This document shows, piece by piece, positions 20,425-31,708 of a DNA stretch of 64,000 nt (positions within the stretch are counted from its first letter, which is position 1; each line of letters starts with the position of its first letter). Where the stretch lies: contig OY764216.1 of NCBI GenBank assembly GCA_963668315.1, positions 5,120,001-5,184,000 on the forward strand, in the 5' to 3' direction. The notes under the pieces were generated by a model. The model searched no databases, was not told the origin of the DNA, and saw only the letters and a program-made list of their open reading frames with translations. Position numbers and translations under genes: made by a program. The DNA comes from Spirochaetia bacterium (GTDB lineage Bacteria; Spirochaetota; Spirochaetia; DSM-2461).

Positions 20425-21507
20425 ATGACAAAAAAAGAAGGTAAAAAAACAGACCGGGATTCTCCGGGGAAAGATATACGCCATACTCTGTTCCGTATGT
20501 CCCTGCTGGGGATTTGTCTCCTGAGCCTTGTGATTCTGGTCTCCTACATCATCACCCTGCGGCCTCTGATCAATACTCTCACCATGATTACGATCATATT
20601 CATCTGTCTCTTTTTTTACCGTTTCTCCCGAAACCAGAACAGGTACGGATTTGCCCGTATAGGGCTTTTCGTTCTGTTTACCTTCCTCTATGTTCCTTTC
20701 GGCTTTTTTACTTCCCCCGGCTCAATCAGCTCCATGCCCTATTACATACTGTTCATCATTTTCATGGAGACCCTTCTGGCGGTGAACCGTTGGGAATACG
20801 CGTTCCCCCTTTCGGTCATGGGCCTTCATATTTTACTGCTCCATATGGAACTGCGTATGCCCGACCGGTTTATTCCCTTTGATTCGGAAAGCCACCGCAT
20901 TCTGGATCTTTCCATAAATTATACGATTGTGGCGATTTTCATGATGGGAATAACCGTCTTTGTCATGGACAGATATAACCGCCACAGCAAGATGCTCCGC
21001 AGCCTGAGCATAACGGACAAGCTCACCGGACTTTACAACCGGCTCTATCTTGAAGAGGAGGGAGTCAAGGAGCTGCACCGCTGCGAGCGTACCGGGGAAA
21101 ACCTCTCTCTTATGTTTCTGGATTTGAATAACTTTAAAAGGATCAACGATCATCTGGGCCATCAGGAGGGCGACCGGGTTCTTCAGGAAGTTTCCCGGAT
21201 TATTAAAGAGAATACCCGGGACTACGACCTTGCCGCCCGTATCGGCGGGGATGAGTTCGTCATACTTCTCCCCTCCACCACGGGAGAGATGGCGGACAAG
21301 CAGATCCGGAGGCTGGATGATGCTTTCCGAGATTATTCCCGCCGCTATGAGGATATGGAGTTCTCCGTCAGTTTCGGTATAGCCGAAAGCCGGGACAGCA
21401 TGACCTTTTATGAACTCATGAACCTGGCGGACAAACGTCTCTACCGGCATAAGGCCAGGGTGAAGAAAGAAGGGGAAGGGACGCTTTTCGGAACGGGAGA
21501 GGAGTAA
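20425..21507 (+). CDS. Membrane-bound diguanylate cyclase
   Basis: About six TM segments; TDKLTGLYNR, DLNNFKRIND, R..D I-site, RIGGDEF. Confidence 0.92.
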   Translation: MTKKEGKKTDRDSPGKDIRHTLFRMSLLGICLLSLVILVSYIITLRPLINTLTMITIIFICLFFYRFSRNQNRYGFARIGLFVLFTFLYVPFGFFTSPGSISSMPYYILFIIFMETLLAVNRWEYAFPLSVMGLHILLLHMELRMPDRFIPFDSESHRILDLSINYTIVAIFMMGITVFVMDRYNRHSKMLRSLSITDKLTGLYNRLYLEEEGVKELHRCERTGENLSLMFLDLNNFKRINDHLGHQEGDRVLQEVSRIIKENTRDYDLAARIGGDEFVILLPSTTGEMADKQIRRLDDAFRDYSRRYEDMEFSVSFGIAESRDSMTFYELMNLADKRLYRHKARVKKEGEGTLFGTGEE

Positions 21508-21582
21508 GGGATATACACAACCGGGGATTAGGAGTAGTATTAAATAAAGGGTTTTTACCTTTTTTACCTTTCAGTATTTTAT

Positions 21583-21625
21583 TACATTTTTGTACTTCGC
21601 CTTGCTTTATTTCTACAATAGCGTA
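21583..21625. promoter_or_regulatory. Tandem enhancer sites upstream of the glnA sigma54 promoter
   Basis: TACATTTTTGTA at 21583 and TACAATAGCGTA at 21614, 31 bp apart. Confidence 0.65.
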
Positions 21626-21756
21626 GGTTTTTTTCAGATAAGCCGGAGAGGGGGAAGGGGGAAATGAGCCCTGCCGGCCCGGTGAAGGGGACGAAACCGG
21701 ACCAGACGGCAGGAAGAGCGAATTGGAACCGGGGGGGAGGCTTCCCCCGCTTTATT

Positions 21757-21772
21757 TGGCACATTTTTTGCA
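21757..21772 (+). promoter_or_regulatory. sigma54 -24/-12 promoter of glnA
   Basis: TGGCAC-ATTTT-TTGCA. Confidence 0.88.
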
Positions 21773-21834
21773 TCTTTTTTTCCATGTCCCTCCGGGGATC
21801 TAATGGAAAATAATACAATATTAGGAGAACGTAT

Positions 21835-23952
21835 ATGTCGATTGATTTCGCTGTCACTCCCGTTGAAGAGATCTACGGAGAGAATTGTTTTAATGACGCC
21901 ACGATGAAGGCCAGACTTCCCAAGAATATTTACAAGGGACTCAAGACCGTTCAGGCAGGTGAGGCCGAACTGACTCTGGAAATTGCCGAAGTCGTAGCCA
22001 GCGCCATGAAAGACTGGGCCATTGAAAAGGGTGCCACCCACTATACCCACTGGTTCCACCCCCTTACCGGTCTGACCGCCGAAAAACACGATTCCTTCAT
22101 CGCTCCCTCCGCCGACGGCACGGTTATCATGGAATTCAGCGGCAAGGAACTGACCCAGGGCGAGCCCGATGCGTCCTCCTTCCCCAACGGCGGCCTGAGA
22201 GCCACCTTCGAAGCCAGAGGTTATACGGCGTGGGACGTTAACAGCCCCGCTTTCCTGAAACAGGATGCCTCCGGTCTGACTCTGTGTATCCCCACCGGTT
22301 TCGTTTCCTACACCGGCGAAGCTCTTGATAAAAAGGTTCCCCTCCTGAGATCCATGGACGCCCTCAACAAGCAGGCCATGAGAATCCTCAAGGTTCTGGG
22401 CAACACCACCAGTTCCAAGGTAACTTCCTCCGTAGGTCCCGAGCAGGAGTACTTCCTGGTAGACAAGGATCTGTACGAGCAGAGATCGGACCTCAAGCTC
22501 ACCGGACGCTGTCTCTTCGGAACCATGTCCGCCAAGGGCCAGGAAATGGATGACCACTACTTCGGCGCCATCAAGGAAAGAGTAGCCGATTACATGAGAG
22601 AGCTGAACTACGAACTGTGGAGACTGGGCATTTCCGCCAAGACTCAGCACAACGAAGTAGCTCCCAACCAGTTCGAGCTGGCTCCTATTTACTCCAGCTC
22701 CAACGTGGCTTCCGACTCCAACCAGCTGGTTATGGAGATGATGAAGAAAGTGGCCGACAGACACGACCTGGTCTGCCTGCTCCACGAAAAACCCTTTGCC
22801 GGCGTTAACGGCAACGGTAAGCACAACAACTGGTCCATGGCCACCGATGACGGCATCAACCTGCTGAATCCCGGTGATACCCCCCAGGACAACGCCCAGT
22901 TCATGGTATTCCTGAGCGCCATCATCAAGGCTGTAGACGTTTACGCCCCCATCCTCAAGATGTCCGCTTCCAGCGCTTCCAACGACCACCGCCTGGGTGC
23001 CAATGAAGCTCCCCCGGCCATCATCTCCATCTTCCTCGGCAGCCAGCTGAAGGAGATCATGGACTGCATCGCCGCCGGTAAGCCCGTTCCCGCCCTCGAC
23101 GGCGCCAAGATCGAGCTCGGCGCTTCCCACCTGCCCAAGCTGCCCAAGGACAACACGGACAGAAACAGAACGTCTCCCTTTGCCTTTACCGGTAACCGGT
23201 TCGAGTTCAGAATGGTAGGTTCCAGCCAGTCCCTGGCCGGTCCCAACGTGGTAATCAACACTTCCGTTGCCGAAGTTCTCTGCGAGTTCGCCGACAGACT
23301 GGAAAAGGCTTCCGATGTGAACGCCGAAATCCAGAAGATTGTCAAGGAAACCTATAAGGCCCATGACAGAATCGTCTTCAACGGCAACGGCTACTCCGAA
23401 GACTGGGTTGTCGAAGCTGAGAAGAGAGGCCTTCCCAACCTGAAGAACACCGTTGAGTCCGTTCCCCAGATCATCAGCGATCTGAGCATCAACCTTTTCG
23501 AGAAGCACAAGGTATTCACCAAGGCAGAGCTCGAATCCCGCTACGAAGTCTACCTGGAAGACTACTGCATGAGACTGAACATCGAAGCAGGCGTCGCCAC
23601 CGAGATGGCCGAAAGACTGATCTACCCCGCCGTTAGCTCCTACACCAGCGAGCTGGCCACCAGCGTGGCAGACCAGAAGGCTCTTGGACTTAAGGTTCCC
23701 GCACAGGAAGCCCAGGTCAAGGCTCTGAGCGAAGGTATGGAGTGCCTCCTGGGCGCCGTAGCCGAGCTTAAGGCAGCCAACGCCGCCGCTCTGGCCGTTG
23801 AAGGCGACAGCCTGAAAGCCGCTACCAGCTTCCTCGAAGGGGTTATCCCCGCCATGAACAAGGTTCGCGAGTGCGCCGACGGTCTGGAAAAGATCACCGA
23901 CAAGATGAGCTGGCCCTTCCCCTCTTACGAGGATCTGCTCTTCACCATGTAG
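21835..23952 (+). CDS. glnA: Glutamine synthetase type III
   Basis: HYTHWFHPLT, EPDASSFP.GG.R.TFEARGY, HEKPFAGVNG.GKHNNWS, DRNRTSPFAFTGNRFEFR. Confidence 0.96.
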   Translation: MSIDFAVTPVEEIYGENCFNDATMKARLPKNIYKGLKTVQAGEAELTLEIAEVVASAMKDWAIEKGATHYTHWFHPLTGLTAEKHDSFIAPSADGTVIMEFSGKELTQGEPDASSFPNGGLRATFEARGYTAWDVNSPAFLKQDASGLTLCIPTGFVSYTGEALDKKVPLLRSMDALNKQAMRILKVLGNTTSSKVTSSVGPEQEYFLVDKDLYEQRSDLKLTGRCLFGTMSAKGQEMDDHYFGAIKERVADYMRELNYELWRLGISAKTQHNEVAPNQFELAPIYSSSNVASDSNQLVMEMMKKVADRHDLVCLLHEKPFAGVNGNGKHNNWSMATDDGINLLNPGDTPQDNAQFMVFLSAIIKAVDVYAPILKMSASSASNDHRLGANEAPPAIISIFLGSQLKEIMDCIAAGKPVPALDGAKIELGASHLPKLPKDNTDRNRTSPFAFTGNRFEFRMVGSSQSLAGPNVVINTSVAEVLCEFADRLEKASDVNAEIQKIVKETYKAHDRIVFNGNGYSEDWVVEAEKRGLPNLKNTVESVPQIISDLSINLFEKHKVFTKAELESRYEVYLEDYCMRLNIEAGVATEMAERLIYPAVSSYTSELATSVADQKALGLKVPAQEAQVKALSEGMECLLGAVAELKAANAAALAVEGDSLKAATSFLEGVIPAMNKVRECADGLEKITDKMSWPFPSYEDLLFTM

Positions 23953-23960
23953 TTTTAAAA

Positions 23961-24070
23961 CGGCATCTCGTATCGGATGCGTCGTTGGGGGAAGAACCTG
24001 AGTCCTCATGTACTATTGTACACTCCGGGCTCAGAACCTTTCCCCGCCTAGCCTGCGACACGATCTGCTC
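23961..24070. repeat. REP-like nested palindromic element
   Basis: GGGGGAAG/CTTTCCCC, CTGAGTCC/GGGCTCAG and TGTAC-TATT-GTACA nested inverted repeats; single copy in the window. Confidence 0.45.
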
Positions 24071-24077
24071 GTTTACA

Positions 24078-24110
24078 AAGCCGCGTCCCTTCGGGTTCGC
24101 GGTTTTTTTT
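24078..24110 (+). terminator. Intrinsic terminator after glnA
   Basis: GCCGCG..CCC-TTCG-GG..CGCGGT followed by T8. Confidence 0.75.
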
Positions 24111-24150
24111 ATCTGCGCCCATCTGTTTTCATCGGCGCTATCCGCGTACT

Positions 24151-26238
24151 TTAGACGATGAATTTGCCGATCTGTTCGTCCATGGCCTTGATATTGTCGT
24201 TGGTTGAGCCCGCAAGGGAGGAAACGCTGGCCGCCGCCTGGTTTATCTGCTCGGCTCCGGCGGCCATCTCGTCCATGCTTCCCTGAATAACCAGGGAGGA
24301 TTCGGTAAGGTTGTCCATGGCCTGGGCGGCTTTCTCCGTCACCGACCTCATGCCGGTGGCTTTATCGTTAACCTGATGTCCTATACTGTTCATCCTCTCC
24401 AGGGCGCTGAGAACCTGCCGGGAGCCTTCGCTCTGCTCCTGCATGGCCTGATCCACCTGCCGGACGATTCCCTCCATCTCCTCTATTCCGGTGGAGACCC
24501 GGACAAAGGCGGCCTGGGAGGTTCTTGAAACATCCACCACTTCCTGAATCGTCTCTTTGATTCGGGCCAGTTCGCTGCCGATCTTATGGGACTGTTCCGA
24601 TGCATTCTCGGCCAGTTTGCGTATCTCATCGGCAACAACGGAGAATCCCCTTCCCGCCTCTCCCGCATGGGCCGCTTCGATCGCGGCGTTCATGGCCAGC
24701 AGGTTCGTCTGGGAGGCGATTCCCGATATCACTTCGTTGGCTTCCAGAAGAAGTTCCGACTGGGAAGCGATTTCCTGGATCCGATGATCCATCACAGCCT
24801 GTTTTTCCCGGCTCTCCACCATGGAACCGCTCAATTCACGGGAACTGGCGGCCATTCGGGAGACGGAGTGACCCACTTCCTGAATATTGGCTATCATCTC
24901 CTCTATGACGGAGGAAGCCTCGCTGCTGCTGTCGACCTGTTCGTCTATAAGGCGGCTGAGGCCGTTTATTTCACCGGTAACGGTCAGGGTGGAACGGGCC
25001 GCTTCTCCTGTGCTTTTCGCCAGGTTTTCGGCCTGATGCTTGACTCCCTCTATATTGGACATGATCTGATTCACCGCGCTGGCCGTTTCCTGCGCCGTGG
25101 CGGAAAGTTCGTTGCCCATATCCTCCAGCGATGTCTGGGAACCGCGCAAAGCGGTAATGATGGAGGCGAGTTTGATAAGGAACTGGTTGAACGCCTGGGA
25201 AAGCTGTTCCATCTCGTCCTTCCGGTTCAGTTCGAGCCGTTTGGTCAGGTCCGCCTCTCCCAGGGCGATATCCTCCATGGCGCTGTTTAGCTGTATGATC
25301 GGTTTCGTCAGGGCGTTTCCGAGGATGAAGGCCAAAAGAAGGCCGAAGATCTCAACGATGACCGTTATGAGGGTAAAGCTCGCCCCGAGCTCATTCACCG
25401 AAGCGAAGACGTCCGCCCTGTCTGCTGTGATGGCGGCGCTCCAGGTCGTTCCCTTGATAGGAGCAAAGGCTACGATTTTGTAAATCCTATTATACACATA
25501 GTCACCGGTACCCTTCTCGCCCCTGATCATCCGTGCTCCAATCTCGCCCAGAGCCGCCAAATCGGGGCTTTCCTTGCCCATGTCAATGACGTTGAGTTTG
25601 TCCACGACATTCTGGTAGGTTGTATGGGCAATGACCGTTCCCTCCCGGTTCAGAACATACTTCGCTTCGGCCTTACCGTAGCTCAATGTATCGAGGGTTT
25701 CTCCGAGAAATCCGGCGTTTTTCTGACCGACAAGAGCCCCGCTCAGACGGCCGTCCTGAAAAACCGGAACAGCCACCAGTATCGTAAAGAGATTCTCCTC
25801 TCCCTCCACATTGCTGAAAACAGGATCGGAAATCACCGGTTTTTCCGTGCGGAAAAGCTCCTGCAGATACTCTCTTTCCGAAAGATCGGCGGTTCTTCCC
25901 CCCGCCAGGTGCAGAATTCCCTGTCTGTCCACCGGGCTGATGGAGTTAAAACCCGATCTCTGCGCTTCCCTTTCCAGGATTTCGTAATATCCGGAGCCTT
26001 CATAATCAATGGTCAGATATTCCGCAATGGAGGCCATCAGGGACAACTCCTTGTCCACCCAGGCAGAATAGCTGTGGGCCAGTTGATCGGCATAGGCCGT
26101 TAAGGTCTCCCTTGTCCCCTCTTCAATTTTTCCACCGGCCTGCATCCGTCCGACAATGCTTATGATAGAACTCGTTACCAGTACAGTCAGAGCAATAACA
26201 AGCATCTGTTTAAATTTTAAAGATTGTATCTTCCTCAT
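24151..26238 (-). CDS. Methyl-accepting chemotaxis protein (dCache sensor, HAMP)
   Basis: Two TM segments; [38 protein letters not shown]. Confidence 0.96.
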   Translation of the reverse strand: MRKIQSLKFKQMLVIALTVLVTSSIISIVGRMQAGGKIEEGTRETLTAYADQLAHSYSAWVDKELSLMASIAEYLTIDYEGSGYYEILEREAQRSGFNSISPVDRQGILHLAGGRTADLSEREYLQELFRTEKPVISDPVFSNVEGEENLFTILVAVPVFQDGRLSGALVGQKNAGFLGETLDTLSYGKAEAKYVLNREGTVIAHTTYQNVVDKLNVIDMGKESPDLAALGEIGARMIRGEKGTGDYVYNRIYKIVAFAPIKGTTWSAAITADRADVFASVNELGASFTLITVIVEIFGLLLAFILGNALTKPIIQLNSAMEDIALGEADLTKRLELNRKDEMEQLSQAFNQFLIKLASIITALRGSQTSLEDMGNELSATAQETASAVNQIMSNIEGVKHQAENLAKSTGEAARSTLTVTGEINGLSRLIDEQVDSSSEASSVIEEMIANIQEVGHSVSRMAASSRELSGSMVESREKQAVMDHRIQEIASQSELLLEANEVISGIASQTNLLAMNAAIEAAHAGEAGRGFSVVADEIRKLAENASEQSHKIGSELARIKETIQEVVDVSRTSQAAFVRVSTGIEEMEGIVRQVDQAMQEQSEGSRQVLSALERMNSIGHQVNDKATGMRSVTEKAAQAMDNLTESSLVIQGSMDEMAAGAEQINQAAASVSSLAGSTNDNIKAMDEQIGKFIV

Positions 26239-26391
26239 TTCGTTTTCAGACTCCTTGGTGATAGCTGCTCACTTTAAGTCTACGTTCCCGAAATTATATT
26301 GCAAGATTTATCCCTCTTTTCTTGACTTTTCCCGGAATAATTGGCATGTTTTATATACTAGTATTTTAGTAGTATTTAAAGGACAGGCGAT

Positions 26392-26694
26392 ATGATAGAG
26401 GAAAAACAGGTTATCGAAGCTCTGCGCCAGGTACTGGACCCGGAATTGATGATCAATATTATCGATCTGGGACTGGTCTATGACATACGGATTGGAAAAG
26501 ATATCATTGAAGTGGACTATACCCTGACCTATCCGGGCTGTCCCCTGGCGCCGGAGATAGAGAGAAATATAATAAAAACCCTCAAAGGGGAATTCGGGGT
26601 GGAGAAGATAAGAACTTTTACCGTGTGGTCCCCTCCCTGGAATCCGGTGAGGATGACGGAGGAAGCCCGCTTTGCCATGGGTTATCCGGTCTGA
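26392..26694 (+). CDS. Metal-sulfur cluster assembly factor (DUF59/SufT-like)
   Basis: V.DPEL.INIIDLGLVY; TLTYPGCP; VWSPPW. Confidence 0.9.
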   Translation: MIEEKQVIEALRQVLDPELMINIIDLGLVYDIRIGKDIIEVDYTLTYPGCPLAPEIERNIIKTLKGEFGVEKIRTFTVWSPPWNPVRMTEEARFAMGYPV

Positions 26695-26725
26695 TATTTT
26701 TTATATTTATTATTAGGAGTTACTA

Positions 26726-27508
26726 ATGTTTTTAGAAATACATAATTTAAAGGCTTCCGTAGAGGGAAAGCCCATTCTGAAAGGGGTTAATCTTACCATC
26801 TCCCCGGGGGAAGTTCATGCCGTAATGGGTCCGAACGGTTCGGGAAAATCCACCCTGGCCAATGTACTGATGGGAAATCCGGAATATGAAGTTACAGGAG
26901 GTTCGGTAAAATGGGGCTCCGAGGATCTTCTCTCTCTCAAGCCCCATGAAAGGGCCCTGGCCGGTCTGTTCCTCTCCTACCAGTATCCCGTGGAGATCCC
27001 CGGGCTCACGGTGGGAAAGTTTCTCAAGAGGGCGGCGGAAATCCGCTTGAAGGAAAAGGATTCGCTGAATGTCAGCCATTATCTCAAGGAGATACGGGAA
27101 AATATGGATTTTCTGGAGATGGACAGGCAGTTTATCAACCGCTATCTGAACGAGGGGTTCTCGGGGGGCGAAAAAAAGAGAATGGAGATACTCCAGATGC
27201 TTCTTCTGAAGCCGGAGCTGGCCATCCTGGATGAAACCGACTCGGGATTGGATATAGATGCCCTCAGGGTCGTGGCCAAAGGGGTGAACCACCTGAAGAG
27301 TCCCGAACGGAGCAGTATCATCATCACCCACTACCAGAGAATACTGGATTACGTCAAACCCGACCGGGTCCATGTACTTTACGACGGCCGGATCGTCGAA
27401 TCGGGCGGCCCGGAACTGGTCAGTGAACTGGAGAAGAAGGGCTATCAGTGGATCAAGGATCAGAACCCCAAGGAGGCGAACCGTGAGCAGTCTGTCACCG
27501 CCAATTAA
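26726..27508 (+). CDS. sufC: Fe-S cluster assembly ATPase SufC
   Basis: [40 protein letters not shown]. Confidence 0.97.
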   Translation: MFLEIHNLKASVEGKPILKGVNLTISPGEVHAVMGPNGSGKSTLANVLMGNPEYEVTGGSVKWGSEDLLSLKPHERALAGLFLSYQYPVEIPGLTVGKFLKRAAEIRLKEKDSLNVSHYLKEIRENMDFLEMDRQFINRYLNEGFSGGEKKRMEILQMLLLKPELAILDETDSGLDIDALRVVAKGVNHLKSPERSSIIITHYQRILDYVKPDRVHVLYDGRIVESGGPELVSELEKKGYQWIKDQNPKEANREQSVTAN

Positions 27509-28886
27509 AAAAGAAGAGTACCGCCACGGGTACCATTTTCCCGACAACTCCCTTTTCAAAACGAGAAAGGGGCTTGACGAGGAGATAATCAGAGCTATCT
27601 CATCCCAGAAGGGCGAACCGGAATGGATGCTGGATTTCAGGCTGAAAGCTTTCTCCGTCTTCAAGAAGAAGGCCATGCCCAACTGGGGCGCCGATCTGAG
27701 CCGTATCAATTTTGATGAAATTTACTACTACGCCAAACCCACGGAAGAGCAGAAACGCACCTGGGAGGAAGTCCCGGATGATATCAAGGAGACTTTCGAC
27801 CGGATAGGCATACCCGAGGCGGAGAAGAAGTTCCTGGCCGGAGTGGGGGCCCAGTACGACTCGGAAGTCGTCTATCACAACCTTAAGGAAGAATTGGAAA
27901 AGCAGGGCGTGGTGTTCTGCTCCCCCGAAGAAGCTGTCAGGGATTACCCCGATCTGGTGAAGAAATACTTCGGGACGGTGATTCCCTACCGGGACAACAA
28001 GTTCGCCGCCCTGAACTCGGCGGTCTGGTCGGGGGGCAGTTTCGTCTATGTTCCTCCCGGAGTGCATGTGGATATTCCCCTGCAGGCGTACTTTCGGATC
28101 AACTCGGAAAATTTCGGTCAGTTTGAAAGGACTCTGATCATCGCGGACAAGGACAGTTTCGTTCACTATGTGGAGGGCTGTACCGCCCCGGTTTACACTA
28201 CCGACTCCCTTCACTCGGCGGTGGTGGAGATAATCGCCCTGGAAAATGCCCGGGTCAGGTACTCCACCATACAGAACTGGTCCGGCGACGTCTACAATCT
28301 GGTGACCAAGAGAGGAATAGCCTACCGGAATGCCACGATTGAGTGGGTGGACGGGAACCTGGGCTCCAAAAGGACCATGAAATATCCCTCCGTCTTTCTG
28401 AAAGAGGAGGGAGCCCACGGAGAAATTCTTTCCATAGCCTTCGCCGGAGAGGGGCAGGAGCAGGACACGGGGGGAAAGGTCTTTCATTTGGCCGATAACA
28501 CCAGCTCTGTCATTACCAGCAAATCGATAAGCAAAGACGGGGGAATCAGCAGTTACCGGGGAATGATCAAAGTTCATCCGGGGAGAAAAAATATCCGCTC
28601 CCGTGTGGTCTGCGACGCCCTTCTTCTGGATGAAAAATCGACGAGCAACACTTACCCCTATATGGAAATAGCCAGCGAGGACGTCACCATGGAGCATGAA
28701 GCCTCCGTTTCCAAGATAAGCGATGACCAGCTCTTTTATCTGCAGAGCCGGGGTTTCAGCGAAGAAGAGGCGGCGGCCATGATCGTTAACGGCTTTCTTG
28801 ACCCCCTTGTCAAGGAACTGCCCATGGAGTACGCCGTGGAATTGAACCGTCTGATAGAACTTCAGATGGAAGGGAGTGTGGGATGA
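27483..28886 (+). CDS. sufB: Fe-S cluster assembly protein SufB
   Basis: [33 protein letters not shown]...MEGSVG; GTG start after AAGGAGG. Confidence 0.97.
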   Translation: MSSLSPPIKKEEYRHGYHFPDNSLFKTRKGLDEEIIRAISSQKGEPEWMLDFRLKAFSVFKKKAMPNWGADLSRINFDEIYYYAKPTEEQKRTWEEVPDDIKETFDRIGIPEAEKKFLAGVGAQYDSEVVYHNLKEELEKQGVVFCSPEEAVRDYPDLVKKYFGTVIPYRDNKFAALNSAVWSGGSFVYVPPGVHVDIPLQAYFRINSENFGQFERTLIIADKDSFVHYVEGCTAPVYTTDSLHSAVVEIIALENARVRYSTIQNWSGDVYNLVTKRGIAYRNATIEWVDGNLGSKRTMKYPSVFLKEEGAHGEILSIAFAGEGQEQDTGGKVFHLADNTSSVITSKSISKDGGISSYRGMIKVHPGRKNIRSRVVCDALLLDEKSTSNTYPYMEIASEDVTMEHEASVSKISDDQLFYLQSRGFSEEEAAAMIVNGFLDPLVKELPMEYAVELNRLIELQMEGSVG

Positions 28887-30085
28887 TGAACGATAAATAC
28901 GAAGGATTTCCTCTCTGGTACAGAGAGCTGCAGCATAGGGCGGAAGAAAAACAGAAAGAGATGGACTGGCCCGACGGGCGGGAGGAAGCCTGGAGAAGAA
29001 CGGAGCTGAAGAGGCTGGAACTGGAAGAACTTTATCTGACCCCGCCGGCTTCCCCTTCTCTTGAAAGGAAAAGCCCCATGAATCTGCAGAGCCCCTCTCC
29101 GGAGAGCCGTCATCTGAGCCTATCCTATCTGATGGATGCGGTCAGGGGTGATTACCCCGGGGTGCGGGAGCTTTACGAAGCCCAGTTCGCCGCTGGGGAC
29201 AACCGGTTTATATTCAGGCTCCTGTCCGAACCGCCCCGGGGATTTTACCTCTATCTTCCCCGGAACTATGCGGCGGAGAACCTGATCTTCCTGGAAGATA
29301 ACCTGATGGGAACGGAGAATGAGAGTTTCACCATGAATCTGATAGTTCTGGAAGAGGGGGCCCGCACGGATGTCTGGGAAAGGATAGGCACATCGGAAAT
29401 TTCGCCCCTTCATAACCGGGCGACTCTTATTCTTCTTAACAAGGGGTCCAAACTGAACTACTACCGGACGCAGACCCTTATGAGCGAAAGCTCTCTGGTG
29501 GACTTTTCCCGGGCTCTGCTCAAGGGGGGATCGGAACTGAAGTTCAGCCAGGCCGAAAAGGATATCTACTTTAACAAAAGTCATATAACGGCCGATCTGC
29601 AGGAGCCCCGTTCCCGCGCTGAACTGAGGGGCATCTACCATGTGGGCGGCAGGCGGTTCAACGAGATTTTCACCGAACAGATCCACCGGGCGCCCTATTG
29701 TGAAAGCCGCTCCTTCTACCGGGGCGTTCTGGAAGACCAGGCCCGGACCGTTTATAACGGTATGATACGGGTTCTTCCCGAAGCGGTTAAAACAGACGCC
29801 TATCTGACGAACAATAACCTCCTTCTGAACGACGGCTGCCGGGCCGACTCCATCCCGGGTCTGAAAATCGCCACCAACGATGTGAAGTGCAGCCATGGTT
29901 CCACCACGGGAAAGGTAGATCCCCGACAGCTTTTCTACCTTGAGTCGAGAGGTTTCAGCAGCGAAGAAGCCCGGACGATTCTTACCAGGGCGTTCCTGGA
30001 AGAGGTCCTGGGCGAAATGCCCGTTCTGGTGAGGGAGGAGCTGGAGAACCGCTGGGACTGGGCAAAGGAGGATGTCTATGTATAA
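28883..30085 (+). CDS. sufD: Fe-S cluster assembly protein SufD
   Basis: EAWRRT; P.L.I...[17 protein letters not shown]. Confidence 0.92.
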   Translation: MMNDKYEGFPLWYRELQHRAEEKQKEMDWPDGREEAWRRTELKRLELEELYLTPPASPSLERKSPMNLQSPSPESRHLSLSYLMDAVRGDYPGVRELYEAQFAAGDNRFIFRLLSEPPRGFYLYLPRNYAAENLIFLEDNLMGTENESFTMNLIVLEEGARTDVWERIGTSEISPLHNRATLILLNKGSKLNYYRTQTLMSESSLVDFSRALLKGGSELKFSQAEKDIYFNKSHITADLQEPRSRAELRGIYHVGGRRFNEIFTEQIHRAPYCESRSFYRGVLEDQARTVYNGMIRVLPEAVKTDAYLTNNNLLLNDGCRADSIPGLKIATNDVKCSHGSTTGKVDPRQLFYLESRGFSSEEARTILTRAFLEEVLGEMPVLVREELENRWDWAKEDVYV

Positions 30086-31283
30086 GGACAGTTTCCCCCT
30101 CCTGGCGGACAGCCCTCTTGTTTACCTCGATTCGGCGGCTACGACTCAGAAGCCGGCACAGGTGATAGAGAGGCTGGACCGGTTCTACCGGGAGGAGAAC
30201 GCCAATGTCCACCGGGCCCTTTATCCCCTGGGGGACAGGGCCACCCGCGTCTACGAAGAGAGCCGCGGAAGGGTGCGTGATTTCCTGAACGCCTCGTCGT
30301 CCAGGGAGATCATCTTCACGTCGGGCACGACCGGAGCTCTGAATCTTCTTGCCTTTTCCTTTACGGAAAACCTAAAAGCCGGCGATCATATACTGCTGAC
30401 GGAGATGGAACATCACAGCAACCTCGTTCCCTGGCAGATGGCGGCTAAACGGCGCTCCCTGGTTCTGGATTTCATTCCCCTCGGCGGGGATGGCCGGCTG
30501 GATCTGTCGGAGATGAAAAAGAACTGGCATGGGAATACGAAACTGGTGAGCCTGACCCATCTCTCCAACCTTCTCGGCACGGTGAATCCTCTGGAAGAGA
30601 TCATTGAGTTTGCCCATGGCAGAGGTGTCCCCGTGGCGGTGGATGCCGCCCAGAGCGCCGCCAGGATCCCCCTGGATGTCAGGGAGCTGGACTGCGACTT
30701 CCTGGCCTTTTCCGGACACAAGACCTACGGGCCTACGGGAGTGGGTGTCCTGTACGGCAAGGAGCATCAGCTGGAAAGACTGGTTCCCTGGCAGGGAGGG
30801 GGCAGCATGATCTCCTCGGTAAGCCTGGAGGAAACGACCTGGGCCGAACTTCCCGCCCGCCTGGAAGCGGGTACGCCCCCCATCGCCGGTGCGGCGGGCC
30901 TGGCGGCCGCGGTGGACTGGATGGAATCCATAGGAAGGGACCGCACCCTGGCCCATGAAAAGGAACTGACCCGTTATGCTCTGGAAAGGCTTTCGTCTTT
31001 GGAAGGAATTGAGCTGTACGGGTCGGGAGGGGAGGATCAGCTGGGCGTGATCTCCTTTAACATCAAGGGGCTCCATGCCCATGATACGGTTCAGTTTCTC
31101 TCGGCGGAGAATCTGGCGTTGAGAGCCGGCCATCACTGCGCCCAGCCGCTGATCAAAAAACTATCCGTTCCCTCCACGGTGAGGGCAAGTTTCGCCGTAT
31201 ATAACGAGAAGGAAGATGCTGACCGGCTGGTTTCGGTACTAAGGGAGACAAGACGGTTTTTTAACGCGAGAGGGGTACTCTGA
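30072..31283 (+). CDS. sufS: Cysteine desulfurase SufS
   Basis: YLDSAATTQKP, FSGHKTYGPTG, RAGHHCAQP. Confidence 0.96.
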   Translation: MSMYKDSFPLLADSPLVYLDSAATTQKPAQVIERLDRFYREENANVHRALYPLGDRATRVYEESRGRVRDFLNASSSREIIFTSGTTGALNLLAFSFTENLKAGDHILLTEMEHHSNLVPWQMAAKRRSLVLDFIPLGGDGRLDLSEMKKNWHGNTKLVSLTHLSNLLGTVNPLEEIIEFAHGRGVPVAVDAAQSAARIPLDVRELDCDFLAFSGHKTYGPTGVGVLYGKEHQLERLVPWQGGGSMISSVSLEETTWAELPARLEAGTPPIAGAAGLAAAVDWMESIGRDRTLAHEKELTRYALERLSSLEGIELYGSGGEDQLGVISFNIKGLHAHDTVQFLSAENLALRAGHHCAQPLIKKLSVPSTVRASFAVYNEKEDADRLVSVLRETRRFFNARGVL

Positions 31284-31708
31284 TGTTTGACGATTTATAC
31301 CAGGAAATAATATTGGATCACTACAAAAATCCCCGGAATACAAAGAACCTTGAAGACAGGCATATCCCATTTCTGGAAAATCCCGTCTGCGGCGATTCGG
31401 TGAGGGTGGCCGTGGACTGGAGGGAGAACGACAGGATTGAAAGGGTCTGGTTCGAAGGACATGGCTGCGCCATAAGCACGGCATCGGCCTCTATGATGAC
31501 GGAACTCCTCAGGGACAGGACGAGGGAGGAAGCGGGGGAGATATGCCGGAGCTTCACGGCCATCATGCGCGGACAGGACGGAACGGACCTCGCCGACTGG
31601 GGCGATATAGAAGCCCTTCAGGGAGTGAAGGATTACCCGGCCAGAATCAAGTGCGCCACCCTTCCCTGGCACAGTCTGGAAAGGGCTCTCGAAAGGGAAA
31701 CTCCCTAA
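31283..31708 (+). CDS. sufU: SUF system NifU-family protein SufU
   Basis: LYQEIILDHYKNPRN, NPVCGD, GCAIS, RIKCATLPW. Confidence 0.95.
   Translation: MFDDLYQEIILDHYKNPRNTKNLEDRHIPFLENPVCGDSVRVAVDWRENDRIERVWFEGHGCAISTASASMMTELLRDRTREEAGEICRSFTAIMRGQDGTDLADWGDIEALQGVKDYPARIKCATLPWHSLERALERETP

Noticed and set aside
21670..21715. Hammerhead-like CCGGUGA...CGAAAC
   Set aside because: Core differs from CUGANGA and stem II cannot form
21634..24009. 791-aa antisense ORF over glnA, and similar long antisense ORFs over pcrA, aroF, the GH3 gene and the DHH gene
   Set aside because: Shadow ORFs caused by biased codon usage on the coding strand; no motifs or RBS
26341..26357. sigma54 promoter at suf (TGGCAT)
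   Set aside because: No TTGC at the -12 position
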